A DNA stretch of 64,000 bases from the human T2T-CHM13v2.0 reference genome, Homo sapiens (GCF_009914755.1 NC_060929.1); one strand, 5' to 3'. Counted from the stretch's first letter, positions 30,452-48,205 are shown. The notes: generated from the letters alone by a model not told the origin. Made by a program: numbers and translations.

Positions 30452-31056
30452 ATTTATTGCAGCACTATTCACAACAGCCAAGACATGACAACACAAGTGT
30501 CCCTCAAGGAATAAATGGGTAAAGGAAACGGGGCCTATACACACAAAGGAATACTATTCAGCCACAAAAAGAATGAAATTCTGTCACTTGCATCAACAAG
30601 GATGAACTGGAGGACATTTTGTTAAGTGACATAAGCCAGGCACAGAAAGACAAACACTGCACAGTCTCTCTTATTTGTGGCATCTGGAGAAGTGATCTCT
30701 CATTGAAGTAGAGACTGGAATAGTGATTACAAGGCTGAGGAGGATAGGGGGTAGGGCAATTAGGGAGAGATTAGCCAACTGGGACAAAGCTGCCATTAGA
30801 TAGGAGGAATAAGTTCTAGTATTTTATTGCACAATAATGTGCCTATGGTTAACAATATTGTATATCAAAATTGCTAGAAGAGAGGATTTTGGATGTTCTC
30901 ACCACAAAGAAATGATAAATGTATGAAGTGATGCCCATGTGAATCACCCTGATTTGTCTAGTCCACAATGTGCACTCGTATTGAAACATCTCATTGTATC
31001 CCATAAATATGTTCAATTATCATGTGTCAATTACAAACAAAATTAAAAGAAGAAAA
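30452..31056 (+). mobile_element. L1MA (MA5-MA8-like) 3' end
   Basis: tttattgcagcactattcacaa...agataggaggaataagttctagt...tgctagaagagaggattt...ccacaaagaaatgataaatg. Confidence 0.85.
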
Positions 31057-32988
31057 GAGGTGCTTGATGAAAAGGTGCCTCATTCTGTTCTAAAATCTGC
31101 TGCAGTGAAACTCCACCACTGGCTCTATCATAACACGTGAGACTGTCCTCATTCTCCCTCTGGCCTCCCCTGCTGTCACAGCTTTGTCACTCTGGCATGT
31201 GACAGCACAGCTTGCAAATAACTGAAGGCCATTCACCCCATTTTCCCTTTGGCTAAGTGCCCCCAAGTTCATTCAGCGCTTCTTATGAGAAGCTGTCTAT
31301 TGAAAGGAATGACCTCTAAAATTTCCTCTAATTTTAATGTTTTGTATTTAAAGGAAGATCTTTACATCCTGTGAATTATCTCTAACTCTGTTACAGAAAA
31401 GACCATGGCTGGTTGGGAGCTTTTAATTTTTCTATGAATCCTCTATGTGGTAGTTCTGTATGATAATGGGAAATAAAAGTATTGAATGGGATTTAGTCTG
31501 TGTTCCTATTAAATCACTTTCATGCTCTTCCTTTAGGGAAGTTCCGGAAGTCCTTTTTCTGAGTTTTTGATAGATACTGTATTTTCCTATAAAATTATTG
31601 TCTGTGTTGCTAGTGCTTAAGACACATTAAATATGAGTAAAAGCTTCCCTACTTCCCATCGCCAACTTCTCGCTGTGTTGTAATCATCTGCTTTGGGAAG
31701 CAACAGAAAGGAGATGTGCTCACTTGAGAACAGAGAACAGTAAAATTGCCCCGATCCTCGCAGCAGGTTAGTGTCAGGCTGTGGGTGGAAGGGAAGGAAA
31801 GCCTGTGCCAGCGGTTCTGTGCTTTCCTTCTTCTGCAGAGCTATGTTCTCAGGTCTGTAGACCTTGTTCAAAGCTGCCTGGAGAACAGATGCCGCTCCAG
31901 AGAGAGTGCTGCATTTGCTTGCCTGTGGGAATTTCTCCTTTCGTTTAATTTGGAAATGGGGCATGCTGCAGTGGTTCCGTATGGAACATTAAAATCCGCG
32001 AGCTGTGAAGCATGAGATCCTCTGCCTAATTCATCACTGGTCTTCACCACCATCATTCTGACAAAAAACATCTGTTCAGGAGTTGGGGGGGGGGGTCCCA
32101 CATCGCCACCTCCCAGGCCAGTGGGAGAGCCACAGGCCTGGCTCTGAACAGGTCCAAATGAGACCCTGAGCAGTTTCCTTTCTGTAGCAAGTGTTTCTGA
32201 GCTGCCATTAGTGTGATGACTTAGAAATAGAAAAAAAGGCAAAGAGAAAAAGTGACAAACCATAACTGCTTGCTGAGTCTCCTAACACTCAAAACTCAGT
32301 CATTATTGTGACTGATACTAAAATCTATGATTTCTGTGGGACTGATGTGTTATTTAAGCTAAGATTGCAGAGGGTTTCATGTCAAAGGTGTCACACCCTC
32401 TTGAAAAATAATTCACACATGATGATAAATATTAAAGCTTCCAAATAATCACTCTGCAAACTGCAACTCCTCATCACTGGAAGTTGTCAAAAGACCACAA
32501 CCAAAAAAAAGGAGGTGGGGGTGGTGGGAAAAAATACCTGAAGAGCTCCAGCTAAAATTCTAATTTATTCTTATTTTAAAATTGTACTATATTCTTATTT
32601 AAATGGGGCCAGGGGATGGAGGCAACTATCACATCCTAATTGGAATTCAGATTCTTAGAACTCAGACTGGATACAGAAAACATGAAGGACAAGCTGCAAC
32701 TAATGGAATGAGGCTGCTGGAGCCATGAGGCCCGTCCTGTTCACTGAGGAAGCGAGGATGCACCTGCTGTACTCCCCTCTGCTGGGACTTGTTCCAGAGG
32801 AACAGACCAGGCACGGGCCGAATCCTCTCACAGAGGCCATGATAGGAAGGCAATACCCACATCTCTTCCAAAGGCAGAGAATCACACAGGCTGCAGAGGC
32901 CCTAGTAACCCAGCATAGTGTTCCTTGCTCAGAAGATAACAGAAGCATCCATGCACTCTTTGTAGATGAATGTGCACAATGACTTTTT

Positions 32989-33233
32989 AAAAACCAAACA
33001 CCGCATGTTCTCACTCATAGGTGGGAATTGAACAATGAGAACACATGGACACAGGAAGGGGAACATCACACACCCGGGACTGTTGTGGGGTCGGGGGAGG
33101 GGGGAGGGAAAGCATTAGGAGATATGCCTAATGTTAAATGACGAGTTAATGGGTACAGCACACCAACATGGCACATGTATACATACGTAACTAACCTACA
33201 CGTTGTGCGCATGTACCCTAAAACTTAAAATAT

Positions 33234-33267
<34 letters not shown>

Positions 33268-33284
33268 TAAAAAATAAATAAAAA
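32989..33284 (+). mobile_element. Short 5'-truncated L1PA4-like insertion (ORF2 end plus 3'UTR)
   Basis: ccaaacaccgcatgttctcactcataggtgggaattga...aatgttaaatgacgagttaatggg...(TAAA)n tail. Confidence 0.92.
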
Positions 33285-33629
33285 GTCAATGGCATAACAG
33301 CCAGGTGTAGCCCTCGAGGTTCACATGACAACATATAAGCCTCCACCACAGTATCTTCCAAGGATCACGGAAGGGCCAGGATGCAACATCGGATCTGACA
33401 GTGCCATGATATTTGCACCCACCTCAAAGATCCTGATGAAAGTCAGGGGCCTACCTTCTACAGAGAGGAACCCCGGCCTTTTGTGCTGCAGTTATTTTTT
33501 GTACCGGAGAGGTGAGGAGATGTGGCAAGCCTCGGGCAGTTCATGACGTGGAGTAACCAGGAGATGGGTTTTCCCCACAAAAAGACCGTTAAATTAATTC
33601 CACCATGTTCAGAAGCAAAAGACAGTCTG

Positions 33630-33800
33630 AGTGTGATTCCTCATTTGACCCTCACTGCAATCTTAAAAGTGAACTTATTATCTGCCCATGACCACAGAGA
33701 GAACTGAGATTTTGAGAGACTAAAAAGCTTGCCCCATATCACTCAGCTAAGAGCCAACAGAGGGAAGGATCCAATTCAAGAGGTGTCTGGCCCCAGAGAC
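33630..33800 (-). mobile_element. MIR SINE
   Basis: ctcatttgaccctcac...cagagagaactgag...cttgccccatatcactcagctaag...gtctggccccagag. Confidence 0.6.
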
Positions 33801-34132
33801 TTCTGCCAGCAACTTGTATCTCCCTCTGGAAAAACTTGGTGAAGGTCGTGTCTCCCTGGGGTCTTTTCCCCAGTGGTCCAGAAGGCAACTTTCTTCACCC
33901 ATAGAACAGCAATCACTCAACTCATGTTGAACACACAAGATAGTCAAGTTGTCAGAAAACAGGAAAGAAAGAACAGCAAAGTGTACAGAGGGACAAAAGC
34001 TACCACATTAAAGCACTCGGTTAATCAGTCCCAGGTTGAGGAAAAACAGGAAGCCATATTTTGCAAGTTAGGTGCAAGGCCTTTACTTCAGCTGCTGTGA
34101 GCTACTGGCATTCTCAAGTATCTTTTCTTGGA

Positions 34133-34456
34133 CGTGACAGTTAAATTTTATGTCAACCGGGCAAGGCTACAGTGCCCAGTTGTTTAGTCCAATATCAGCC
34201 TAGATATTGCTGTGGAGGTATTTTTCAGGTGTGATTAACAGTTTATATCAGTAGACTTTGAGTAAAGTAGATTGCCTTCCATAATATTGGTTGGCTTCAT
34301 CCAATTAGTAGAGAAGGCCTTGTGAGCAGAGACTGAGATTTCCCGGGAAAGGAGACATCTCCTCAAGACTGTAACATAGAAATCCCTCCTGAGCTTCCAG
34401 CCCGTCCTTCTGGGCAGTCATACAGCATGTCCCCTTGAACCTCCCTCAGATTCCAG
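34133..34456 (+). mobile_element. MLT2D-like LTR, 3' part missing
   Basis: ttttatgtcaac...ggctacagtgcccagttgtttagtc...agtagactttgagtaaagtagatt...cctcaagactgtaacatagaaatc. Confidence 0.8.
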
Positions 34457-34638
34457 TGATATGATTTGGCTGTGTCCCCACCCAAATATCATCTTGAATT
34501 GTAGTTTCTATAATCCCCATGTGTCATGGGAGGGACCCGGTGGGAGGTTATTGAATCATGGAGGCCATTACCTCCATGCTGTTCTCGTGATAGTGAGTTC
34601 TCACAAGATCTGAGGGTTTTATAAGGGGATTTTGCTTA
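34457..34638 (+). mobile_element. THE1 LTR, 5' half only
   Basis: tgatatgatttggctgtgtccccacccaaatatcatcttgaattgtag...ggttttataagggg, then homology stops. Confidence 0.85.
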
Positions 34639-34695
34639 TGAGGATGTCTCTACAATGCACTTCTTTCCACACTTTTTTCTTGGAACTGGAACTGG

Positions 34696-34895
34696 ACAAC
34701 ACAAAAAGTGAACTCTAATGTAAATTCTGAACTTAGTAATAATATATCAATATTCATTTATCAATTGTGACCAAAGTACCATGGTGATGTAAAATGTTGA
34801 TAACGGAAGACAATCAGAGGAAGGGGGTTGAGAAGGAAATAGATGGGAACTCTCTGTACTCTCTGTATGCCCAACACTGCTCTAAAAACAAAGAG
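34696..34895 (+). mobile_element. L1MC 3' terminal fragment
   Basis: agtgaactctaatgtaaa...atgggaactctctgtact...actgctctaaaaa. Confidence 0.6.
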
Positions 34896-35106
34896 AATAG
34901 TTCTCTACCACATAGTCACAAAGTTTAATAAGTATAAAATATGAAAACTAGGTGGTGAAATAAATCCTACCAGAACAGTATTTGTAGGGAAAAATTTATT
35001 CAAAATTTATTGTGGGTGAAACAACTCCTGCACTGGATTTTTTTAAGGATCCAGAAATATTTTTCTATCAAGAGAAACACCTGCCTTGGGCTCTGAATTT
35101 ACAGCT

Positions 35107-35389
35107 AAGGGTGGCAAACTGTGGCCTATGGGCCCAATATGGCCTACTACCTGTTTTTATACAATCTTCAAGCTAAGATTTTTTTTAATTTTAATGGATT
35201 TTAAAAATCTAAAGAATAAAAATATTTTGTGACACATAAAATTTTATGAATTTCAAAGTTCAGTGTCCATAAATTACTTTTATTGAAACACAATAAAGTA
35301 CCTTCATAAAATGTTTAATTTTGCCTCTCAGTCCACAAAATCTAAAATACTTCCAATTTGCCCTTTGCAGGAAAAGTTTGCTGGCCCTA
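35107..35389 (+). mobile_element. MER58B-like hAT-Charlie MITE
   Basis: agggtggcaaact...ttcagtgtccataaa...aaaagtttgctggccct terminal inverted repeats. Confidence 0.75.
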
Positions 35390-37749
35390 ATTTAGAGGGT
35401 CCACTGTATTGTAAAAAAAGAATTTATGAAAGAACACATGTACATCTCTCTCACTCAAGGTCTCACATTTATGGCAGATCCAGCAAGAGCAAAACTGTAA
35501 GCATCTGCTTATATTACTAACATCAGTGAGGCCCAGAGAAACATTTCTGTGCAACTGTTATTTATATCGTCGAAACAAAAGCACTTATGTGTGAATTCCA
35601 CGGAGTTTTGAAGTTTGTGCTCCCAGAAGGGCTTAAAACAGACAGCACTTTGGAGTATGGTGTGGATTTGAAGAGTAACAATGCCTAGGAAAAAGAAAAG
35701 ACAACTGAATAATCTCGCTAAATTTTTCCTCTTACATACATAGCATAAACACAAGAGACATGTACACACAAGGTATCATCCCAAGTAATGTGGATAATAT
35801 ACTTTCTTTTAGTTGGATTCAAGTGTGTAGTTGATTTTGGAAGTACCCTTAAATTGGCAAAGAGTTGCCATTTGCATGTGGTGCCTGAATAATATTTTGC
35901 AATAATAAAAAATTCAAATACTCTTAAAATTACATAGCCTAAAATATTCTTAAATTTGTATAGTCTACAATATTGTTAAATGTATTTAGTCTAAGTAACG
36001 TGTTTGAAGTATGACATTGATTTTTTTTACCTTGGCAACCATAACTGGAAAAATTTTTAGCAGGACAGCAGGTAGGAATACATATTGAATCAGTATTAAA
36101 AATGTTTAATACTGATTCAATATTAAAATCCATGTTTCTTAATAGAAATTGCACAAAGACCCACAGGCAATTATTTAATTGCTATACATCACAGCAAAAC
36201 TTGGAAACATCTCGAATGGCCTTACATAAGAGACTGACTTAAAAAAGTTTTGCACATCTATATAATGAAACCTAGTTCTAGTAGCTGGTAGATCTATATG
36301 TGATAAGGTTAAGTGCAAAGGCACATCATTCTAGAGCATGGAGATGGGGCAGGAAGTGAATATTGCTGGAATGATGCTTGCTAGAGATGTACCTTAACCT
36401 GAGTTATTTAGAATGTTTTTTAATCAGGGATATATTTTCTAAGTATATTTTAATTCTGGAAAAATACACTTATGTGAGCTTAGGTTGATCAGTCAATAAA
36501 TCTGAAATACTGGGTTAGAATTAGAAAGCCATCTTGTACTAAAAATGGCCCATTTCTCCCCTGGCTGTTCTCTAGTCTAATCTTCTGCCCGTGTTTTACT
36601 TCTGAATTGCATGAGAGATTTGTGGAATACCATTAGCAATGGCTGAGGAATTACTTTCACGCTAAACTCTTGTTCTTAGCCACTTCTAACTTCTTGAAAA
36701 TATTAGCCAAAAATTTCTCTAGCTGTTTTTGAGCCAAAGATAACTTTTACTGGAAAAGCTTAGGAAGAAAAATAATTCCCCTTTGCTCCTGTTAGCTATT
36801 TATGCCTAAATCAAAGATTTTTTATGCATTGAAAGAAAAAGAATAGCATTCACATATATTTTTATTTATGGATAACCTGAAAGGGTTTTTGCTAAATACC
36901 CCCTTAACTTGGCATGGTTTCAGGTAAGCAGAATAGAACAGGAGTAACTGAAACTTTCCTGTGCTTATGGCTTCTCTGTATATGTGGAACCACACTGCGA
37001 GTCTTTTCATATGCAAGTATCATTCTCTAGTGTGTGTTTGTTTATTTTTAATGAAAGCAGCAAGCCATGTGATTTTTCTCACATTTTTGTATTATTTCTC
37101 TCTTTCTCTCATTTTGGATTTTATTTAGTTTTAAATAGGTAATACACATAAGGTATAAGACTTCAACGAACAGAAGGGCAATAGTGAAAATTAACTTTTT
37201 CCACCACCCATTCCTCAGGCCCACCTCCTGAGTCAGATGACGGGCTGGACAAGCTGTGGTACATCCTTCCAGGTGTCTTCTCTACATGTGCAAGCACGTA
37301 TGCACATACAGCAGACTTCTGCTGACTCAAGTGGATTTGTGTCTATTCTGCATTGCAATCCCTGGGGCTCAGAGGGCTTTTGCCAAGATGTCAGTTCAAA
37401 GAGAGGAACCGTGCATGTATGACCATCTGTGTGCTCCAGATCAGTTTCTTTATTATCTCATCAATCAGCTTCAACCAGACACCATCACCACGAGGCTTCT
37501 CAATAATAGGAATGGCTCCGTTGGCTTTCACTGTGCCTGCCTGTTCACTCTGGAGGGAAAAGCAGCAGTGGATACCAAGACCTGCGTGAACCTTTCCCTC
37601 ATATTTCCATACTTGGTAAAATCTGGAGGTGCTGTCTTCTGCCCTTTGTGCCCAGCAGTCATTCTGAGTCCTCCAATTACCCTATCCCAGGCATCTACCT
37701 TTTGGACTCCAAAATAACTTACCCATGCATCCTACAAGAGAGCCAGAAT

Positions 37750-38103
<354 letters not shown>

Positions 38104-38888
38104 TTATCATCAGTGGCAGCAGAGACTGGCAGGATTGCACCATGTCAGCAAAATAAGGATGTACTTGACATTTCCCATCCATTACTTCCCGGAAACCTCA
38201 ACCGGAGAAGTGAGGCTCTGCAAATGGAAGGGAAGGGAGGTCCCAGAACAACTCCATAGTCCCTTTCTCCACTCACCAGTGCTGGAGCGGGAAGGAGAGG
38301 AGTGAAAGAACAGACAGACCCCTCCCAAGTGCAGGTTCCTGGAGCCACCAGCGTGGCTATGCAAGGGGGAGAGAGAAACTTTGAGCTGAAGTAAGATTGG
38401 GATTTAAAACTGAATGGATTTCTAAAAGCTAGTGGATATGGTCAAGATGGAATTAAACAAAATGCTACAAAATGGTGAAGGAAGGTTTGACATAGAACGT
38501 TATTGGTAGTGGCTACAGAAAAAAAGCCACACCACAGTCACCCCCTATTAGATTCAGACTGTTCACTATGTGTTTCCATAATCCACGACTTATGAGGTAG
38601 GGACAGGTAGATAGGTAGACAATTGATCTATTGTTCTTGTCAATTGATTTAGCCCATTTCTCAATTTATGTATTAAAATGCTTTGATTAGAGAGTGTAGA
38701 CACAGGTGCATGTTCAGATATGTTATTATAGTCTTTGAAAACTTATTGCCTAGAAATACAGGCCTTCTTCATTTTCCCTTTCTGTGTGCTACACTCGCAT
38801 GCACACACATGCGTAAGAAATACAGCTGCACACATCAGTATGAACCACCCTGTTAAGAAGCAGGTTAAGAAGTCTGGGGGGGAGGAGC

Positions 38889-38897
38889 CAAGATGGC
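38889..38897 (+). promoter_or_regulatory. L1 5' YY1 motif CAAGATGGC
   Basis: Canonical position at the L1 5' end; the following CpG has decayed to TG. Confidence 0.75.
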
Positions 38898-39258
38898 TGA
38901 ATAGGAACAGCTCTGGTCTACAGCTCCCAGCGTGAGCGAAACAGAAGACGGGTGATTTCTGCATTTCCATCTGAGCTTTGAAGAGAGCAGTGGTTCTCCC
39001 AGCACGCAGCTGGAGATCTGAGAACGGGCAGACTGCCTCCTCAAGTGGGTCCCTGACCCCTGACCCCCGAGCAGCCTAACTGGGAGGCACCCCCCAGCAG
39101 GGGCAGACTGACACCTCACACGGCAGGGTACTCCAACAGACCTGCAGCTGAGGGTCCTGTCTGTTAGAAGGAAAACTAACAAACAGAAAGGACATCCACA
39201 CCAAAAACCCATCTGTACATCACCATCATCAAAACCAAAAGTATATAAAACCACAAAG

Positions 39259-40274
39259 ATGGGGAAAAAACAGAGCAGAAAACTGGAAACTCTAAAAAGC
39301 AGAGCGACTCTCCTCCTCCAAAGGACCGCAGTTCCTCACCAGCAACGGAACAAAGCTGGATGGAGAATGACTTTGACGAGCTGAGAGAAGAAGGCTTCAG
39401 ACAATCAAATTACTCCGAGCTCCGGGAGGACATTCAAACCAAAGGCAAAGAAGTTGAAAACTTTGAAAAAAATTTAGATGAATGTATAACTAGAATAACC
39501 AATACAGAGAAGTGCTTAAAGGAGCTGATTGAGCTGAAAACCAAGGCTCGAGAACTACGTGAAGAATGCAGAAGCCTCAGGAGCCGATGCGATCAACTGG
39601 CAGAAAGGGTATCAGCGATGGAAGATGAAATGAATGAAATGAAGCGAGAAGGGAAGTTTAGAGAAAAAAGAATAAAAACAAATGAGCAAAGCCTCCAAGA
39701 AATATGGGACTATGTGAAAAGACCAAATCTACGTCTGATTGGTGTACCTGAAAGTGACGGGGAGAATGGAACCAAGTTGGAAAATACTCTGCAGGATATT
39801 ATCCAGGAGAACCTCCCCAGTCTAGCAAGGCAGGCCAACATTCAGATTCAGGAAATACAGAGAACACCACAAAGATACTCCTCGAGAAGAGCAACTCCAA
39901 GACACATAATTGTCAGATTCACCAAAGTTGAAATGAAGGAAAAAATGTTAAGGGCAGCCAGAGAGAAAAGTCGGGTTACCCTCAAAGGGAAGCCCATCAG
40001 ACTAACAGCAGATCTATCAGCAGAAACTCTACAAGCCAGAAGAGAGTGGGGGCCAATATTCAACATTCTTAAAGAAAAGAATTTTCAACCCAGAATTTCA
40101 TATCCAGCCAAACTAAGCTTCATAAGTGAAGGAGAAATAAAATACTTTTCAGACAAGCAAATCCTGAGAGATTTTGTCACCACCAGGCCTGCCCTAAAAG
40201 AGCTCCTGAAGGAAGCGCTAAACATGGAAAGGAACAACCGGTACCAGCCACTGCAAAATCATGCCAAAATGTAA
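39259..40274 (+). pseudogene. L1 ORF1p (RNA-binding chaperone), frameshifted near codon 8; open from Met35 (39360) for 304 aa
   Basis: ATGGGGAAAAAACAG at 39259; span to stop is 1016 nt instead of 1017 (one A lost at ~39280); REKG, ARR and YPAKLS-region motifs recognisable in the translation. Confidence 0.92.
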
Positions 40275-40322
40275 AGACCATCGAGACTAGGAAGAAACTG
40301 CATCAACTAACGAGCAAAATAA

Positions 40323-44166
<3,844 letters not shown>

Positions 44167-44459
44167 ACAATGAGATCACATGGACACAGGAAGGGGAACA
44201 TCACACTCTGGGGACTGTTGTGGGGTGGTGGGAGGGGGGAGGGATAACATTGGGAGATATACCTAATGCTAGATGATGAATTAGTGGGTGCAGCACACCA
44301 GCATGGCACATGTATACGTATGTAACTAACCTGCACAATGGGCACATGTACCCTGAAACTTAAAGTATAATAATAAATAAATAAATAAATAAATAAAAAA
44401 TTAAAAAGAAACTCTTGGATATTTATTTGACATGTAAATGTTTGAATTGGAACCTACAA

Positions 44460-46540
44460 ATTAATACTGATATGTGTGTTTGATTATGTCATCATGTCAT
44501 TAGCTGGTTACTATGCAGAGTTGATTGTGCAGTTGTTTTATAATATCAATGCTTTATGTACTTCAGTGTTTTTGTGGTAACTGGTAATGGTCTTTCCTTT
44601 CTATATTTAGCACTCCCTTAAGGACTTCTTGTAAGACAGGTCTAGTGATAATTAACTCTCTTAGCATTTGCTTTTCTGAAAAGGATCTTATTTCTCCTTC
44701 ACCTGTGAAGATTACTTTGACTGGATATGAAATTCTTGGTTGGAATTTCTTTTCTTCAAGAATGCTGGATATAGGCCGTTAATCTCTTCTGGTTAGTAGA
44801 GTTTCTGCTGAAAGATCCATCATTAACCTGATGAGGTTCCCTTTGTAGGTGACCTTTTCTCTGTAGCTGCCTTTAACATTTTTTCTTTCATTTCAACCTT
44901 GGAAGATCTGAAGACTATGTGTTTTGGAGATGGTCATCATGTATAGTATTATGCAAGAATTTTCTGCATTTCCTGAATTTGAATGTTGGCCTCTCACAGG
45001 CTTGGGACAATTTTCATGGATGAAATCCTGAAATATGTTTTTTGCTTACTTTCTCCCCATCTCTTTCAAAGAGTTGTAGATTTGGTCTCTTTACATGATC
45101 CCATGTTTCTTGGAGGTTTTATTCATTATTTTTTATTTGTTTTCCTTTTTTCTCCATCTGATTGAGTTATTTCAAAGACCATGTCTTCAAACTCTGAGAT
45201 TCTTTCCTCAGTTTGGTCAATTCTGCTGTCATTACCTGTGATTATACTATAAAATTTTGAAGTGAATTTTTCAGCTCAGTCAGATCACTTTGATTCTTTC
45301 TTAAAATGGCCATTTCATCTTTTACCTCCTGTGTCATTTTACTGTATTCTTTAGATTGGGTTTCAACCTTCTCTTGAACGTTGATGATCTTTGTTTCTAT
45401 CCATATTCTGAATTCTACTTCTGACATTTCAGCCATTTCAACCTGTTTAAGAACCATGGCTGGGGAGCTAGTGTGGTGATTTGGAGGCAAGAAGACACAG
45501 TGACTTTCTGAGTTGCCAGAGTTTCTGCACTAGTTCTTTCTCATCTGTGTGGGTGACTGTTCCTTTCATCTTTGGAGTTACTGTCCTTTGGAGGGATTTT
45601 TTTGCTTTTAGTTTATTTGATGCCCTTGAGGATTTTATTGTGGTATAAAGCGGGTTCAGTCAACTGCTTTGTTTCTCAAAGATTTTAGGGGCCAAGGTTC
45701 AACTCAGCACTCCTGGACTGTATGTTGTAACACTAGGGAGCTGGTACTGGGCCCCTGGCTTTGTTCTCCAGCCCAGTTGAGAGTAGCAACCTGCTGCCCT
45801 GGAGGGTCTGAGGTGTTCCTGGTCCACTGGCCATAAGACTCTGATAGGTGGTGTTGGACAAAGCATTTATTTGGGGCAGTGACAGTGGAACCATTGCTTG
45901 TTCATGTGTGCTGGCAGCTGTGGCAGTGCAGTGGGTTGGATGCATGTCAGCTGGGGTTCTGTACTGGTGGGAGTCGGGCTCTGGTGTCCATGAATGCGCT
46001 CATGTCCGTGCTGGTGGCAGCAGCATGGTGTGTTCCAGGTGCTGGCAAAGGCCAAGCCAAGCTGCTGGCCTCTGTGCCTGTGTTCACCTCAGCAGTAGAG
46101 ATGTCATGGGGTTGGGGGCAGGGCTGCAGGAGTCTGTGTATGCGCTTGTGCTGGGAATGGCAGCATGGCCAGGTGCTCATGCATCACCAGGGTGTTGGGG
46201 CAAAAGAGTGTGCCCATGCTGGCAGCAGTAATTTAGTAGTGTGCATGTACACACACATGCTGTCAGGTGAGATGAAGTGAGGTTTGCCCACACGTGGGCC
46301 AGCAAAGTTGTGGGGGTTAGTTATGGGCAAGTGTGCCAACAAAGTGGCATGGGGAGCCTGAGGTAAAGGTAAAGTGCAGATAGGCTGATTTGCAATGGTG
46401 GGGGCCACTCTGCTGGAGGTCTCTGACATTCTGTAGTCTGCTGGAGAAGAATCTGTGATAAGGGACATGGGTTCCCGATGTCCCTGTCTCTCAGTGGCAG
46501 ATATTCCTCCTGGCTTTGTCTAGTCAGTCATCTTGGTTCC
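44460..46540 (-). mobile_element. Older primate L1 (L1PA15/16 / L1P4-like) 5'UTR plus ORF1, 3' part absent
   Basis: Minus ORF 45242-45490 (PPNHHTSSPAMVLKQVEMAEMSEVEFRIWIETKII...LRKNQSDLTELKNSLQ) is old-type ORF1; 5' end reads CCAAGATGACTGACTAG on the minus strand. Confidence 0.8.
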
Positions 46541-46544
46541 AATC

Positions 46545-47520
<976 letters not shown>

Positions 47521-47894
47521 GCAATGATGTTTTAAAATAGGAAGTTTAAGACAAGTTTGTTTTAAATGAGGAAGAAGTACAAGACAACTCTCAGATTCCT
47601 TAAGTCCATAGTTTCATAATTATTTACCAGAATGAATTAGAGAAAAAAAAAGCAAAGCAAATCAATCAGTTTTAGAGCTGAAAGCAAATTAATGAGGTAT
47701 AATTTGTTTGTTTGCATTTTTGCAGAAGTTTGAAATATAAATAGCTCCAACAAAATTTAAACTAATTTGTAGAATGTACATATACTAACATTTATTGAGG
47801 GAAGCAACAGTATTTGGTTTCGGATTGATGCCAGGAAGACACTCAGGATTTGTATCCACTTGTTATTTCCAATATAATTTTCTACCAAGATTCC

Positions 47895-48205
47895 TTTTTT
47901 TCTTTTGGAAGCAAGGTTTTGTTCTGGCACCCAGGCTGGAGTGAAGTGGCATAATCATAGCTCATTGCAACCCGTGAAATCCTGGGCCCAAGTGATCCCC
48001 CTGTCTCAGATTCTTGAGCAACTGGGACTACAGGTGTGAGCCACTATGCCTGGCTAACTTAAAAAATTATTTATATTATTTTTTGTAAAGATGGGATCTC
48101 ACTATGTTGTCCAGTCTAGTCTTGAACTCCTGACTTCAAGTGATCCTTCTGCCTTGGTCTTCCAAAATGTTGAGAGATTATAGATGTGAGCCATTTCACC
48201 CAGAC
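47895..48205 (-). mobile_element. AluJ (Jo/Jr-like)
   Basis: atcatagctcattgca...cctgggcccaagtgatcc...gggatctcactatgttg. Confidence 0.88.

Noticed and set aside
37256-37717. 153-aa ORF, the longest non-L1PA ORF
   Set aside because: No recognisable family, non-ATG start, begins in decayed L1ME-like sequence; a frame of this length can occur by chance in 64 kb
38865-39254. 129-aa antisense ORF in the L1 5'UTR as ORF0 or a new gene
   Set aside because: ORF0 lies in the spliced-out segment; this frame crosses the splice junction by chance, and its start codon at 39252-39254 is GTG rather than ATG
45733-46468. Cluster of overlapping GC-rich ORFs suggesting a coding exon or CpG island
   Set aside because: It lies in the 5'UTR of the minus-strand older L1 and is CpG-depleted (TG/CA-rich)
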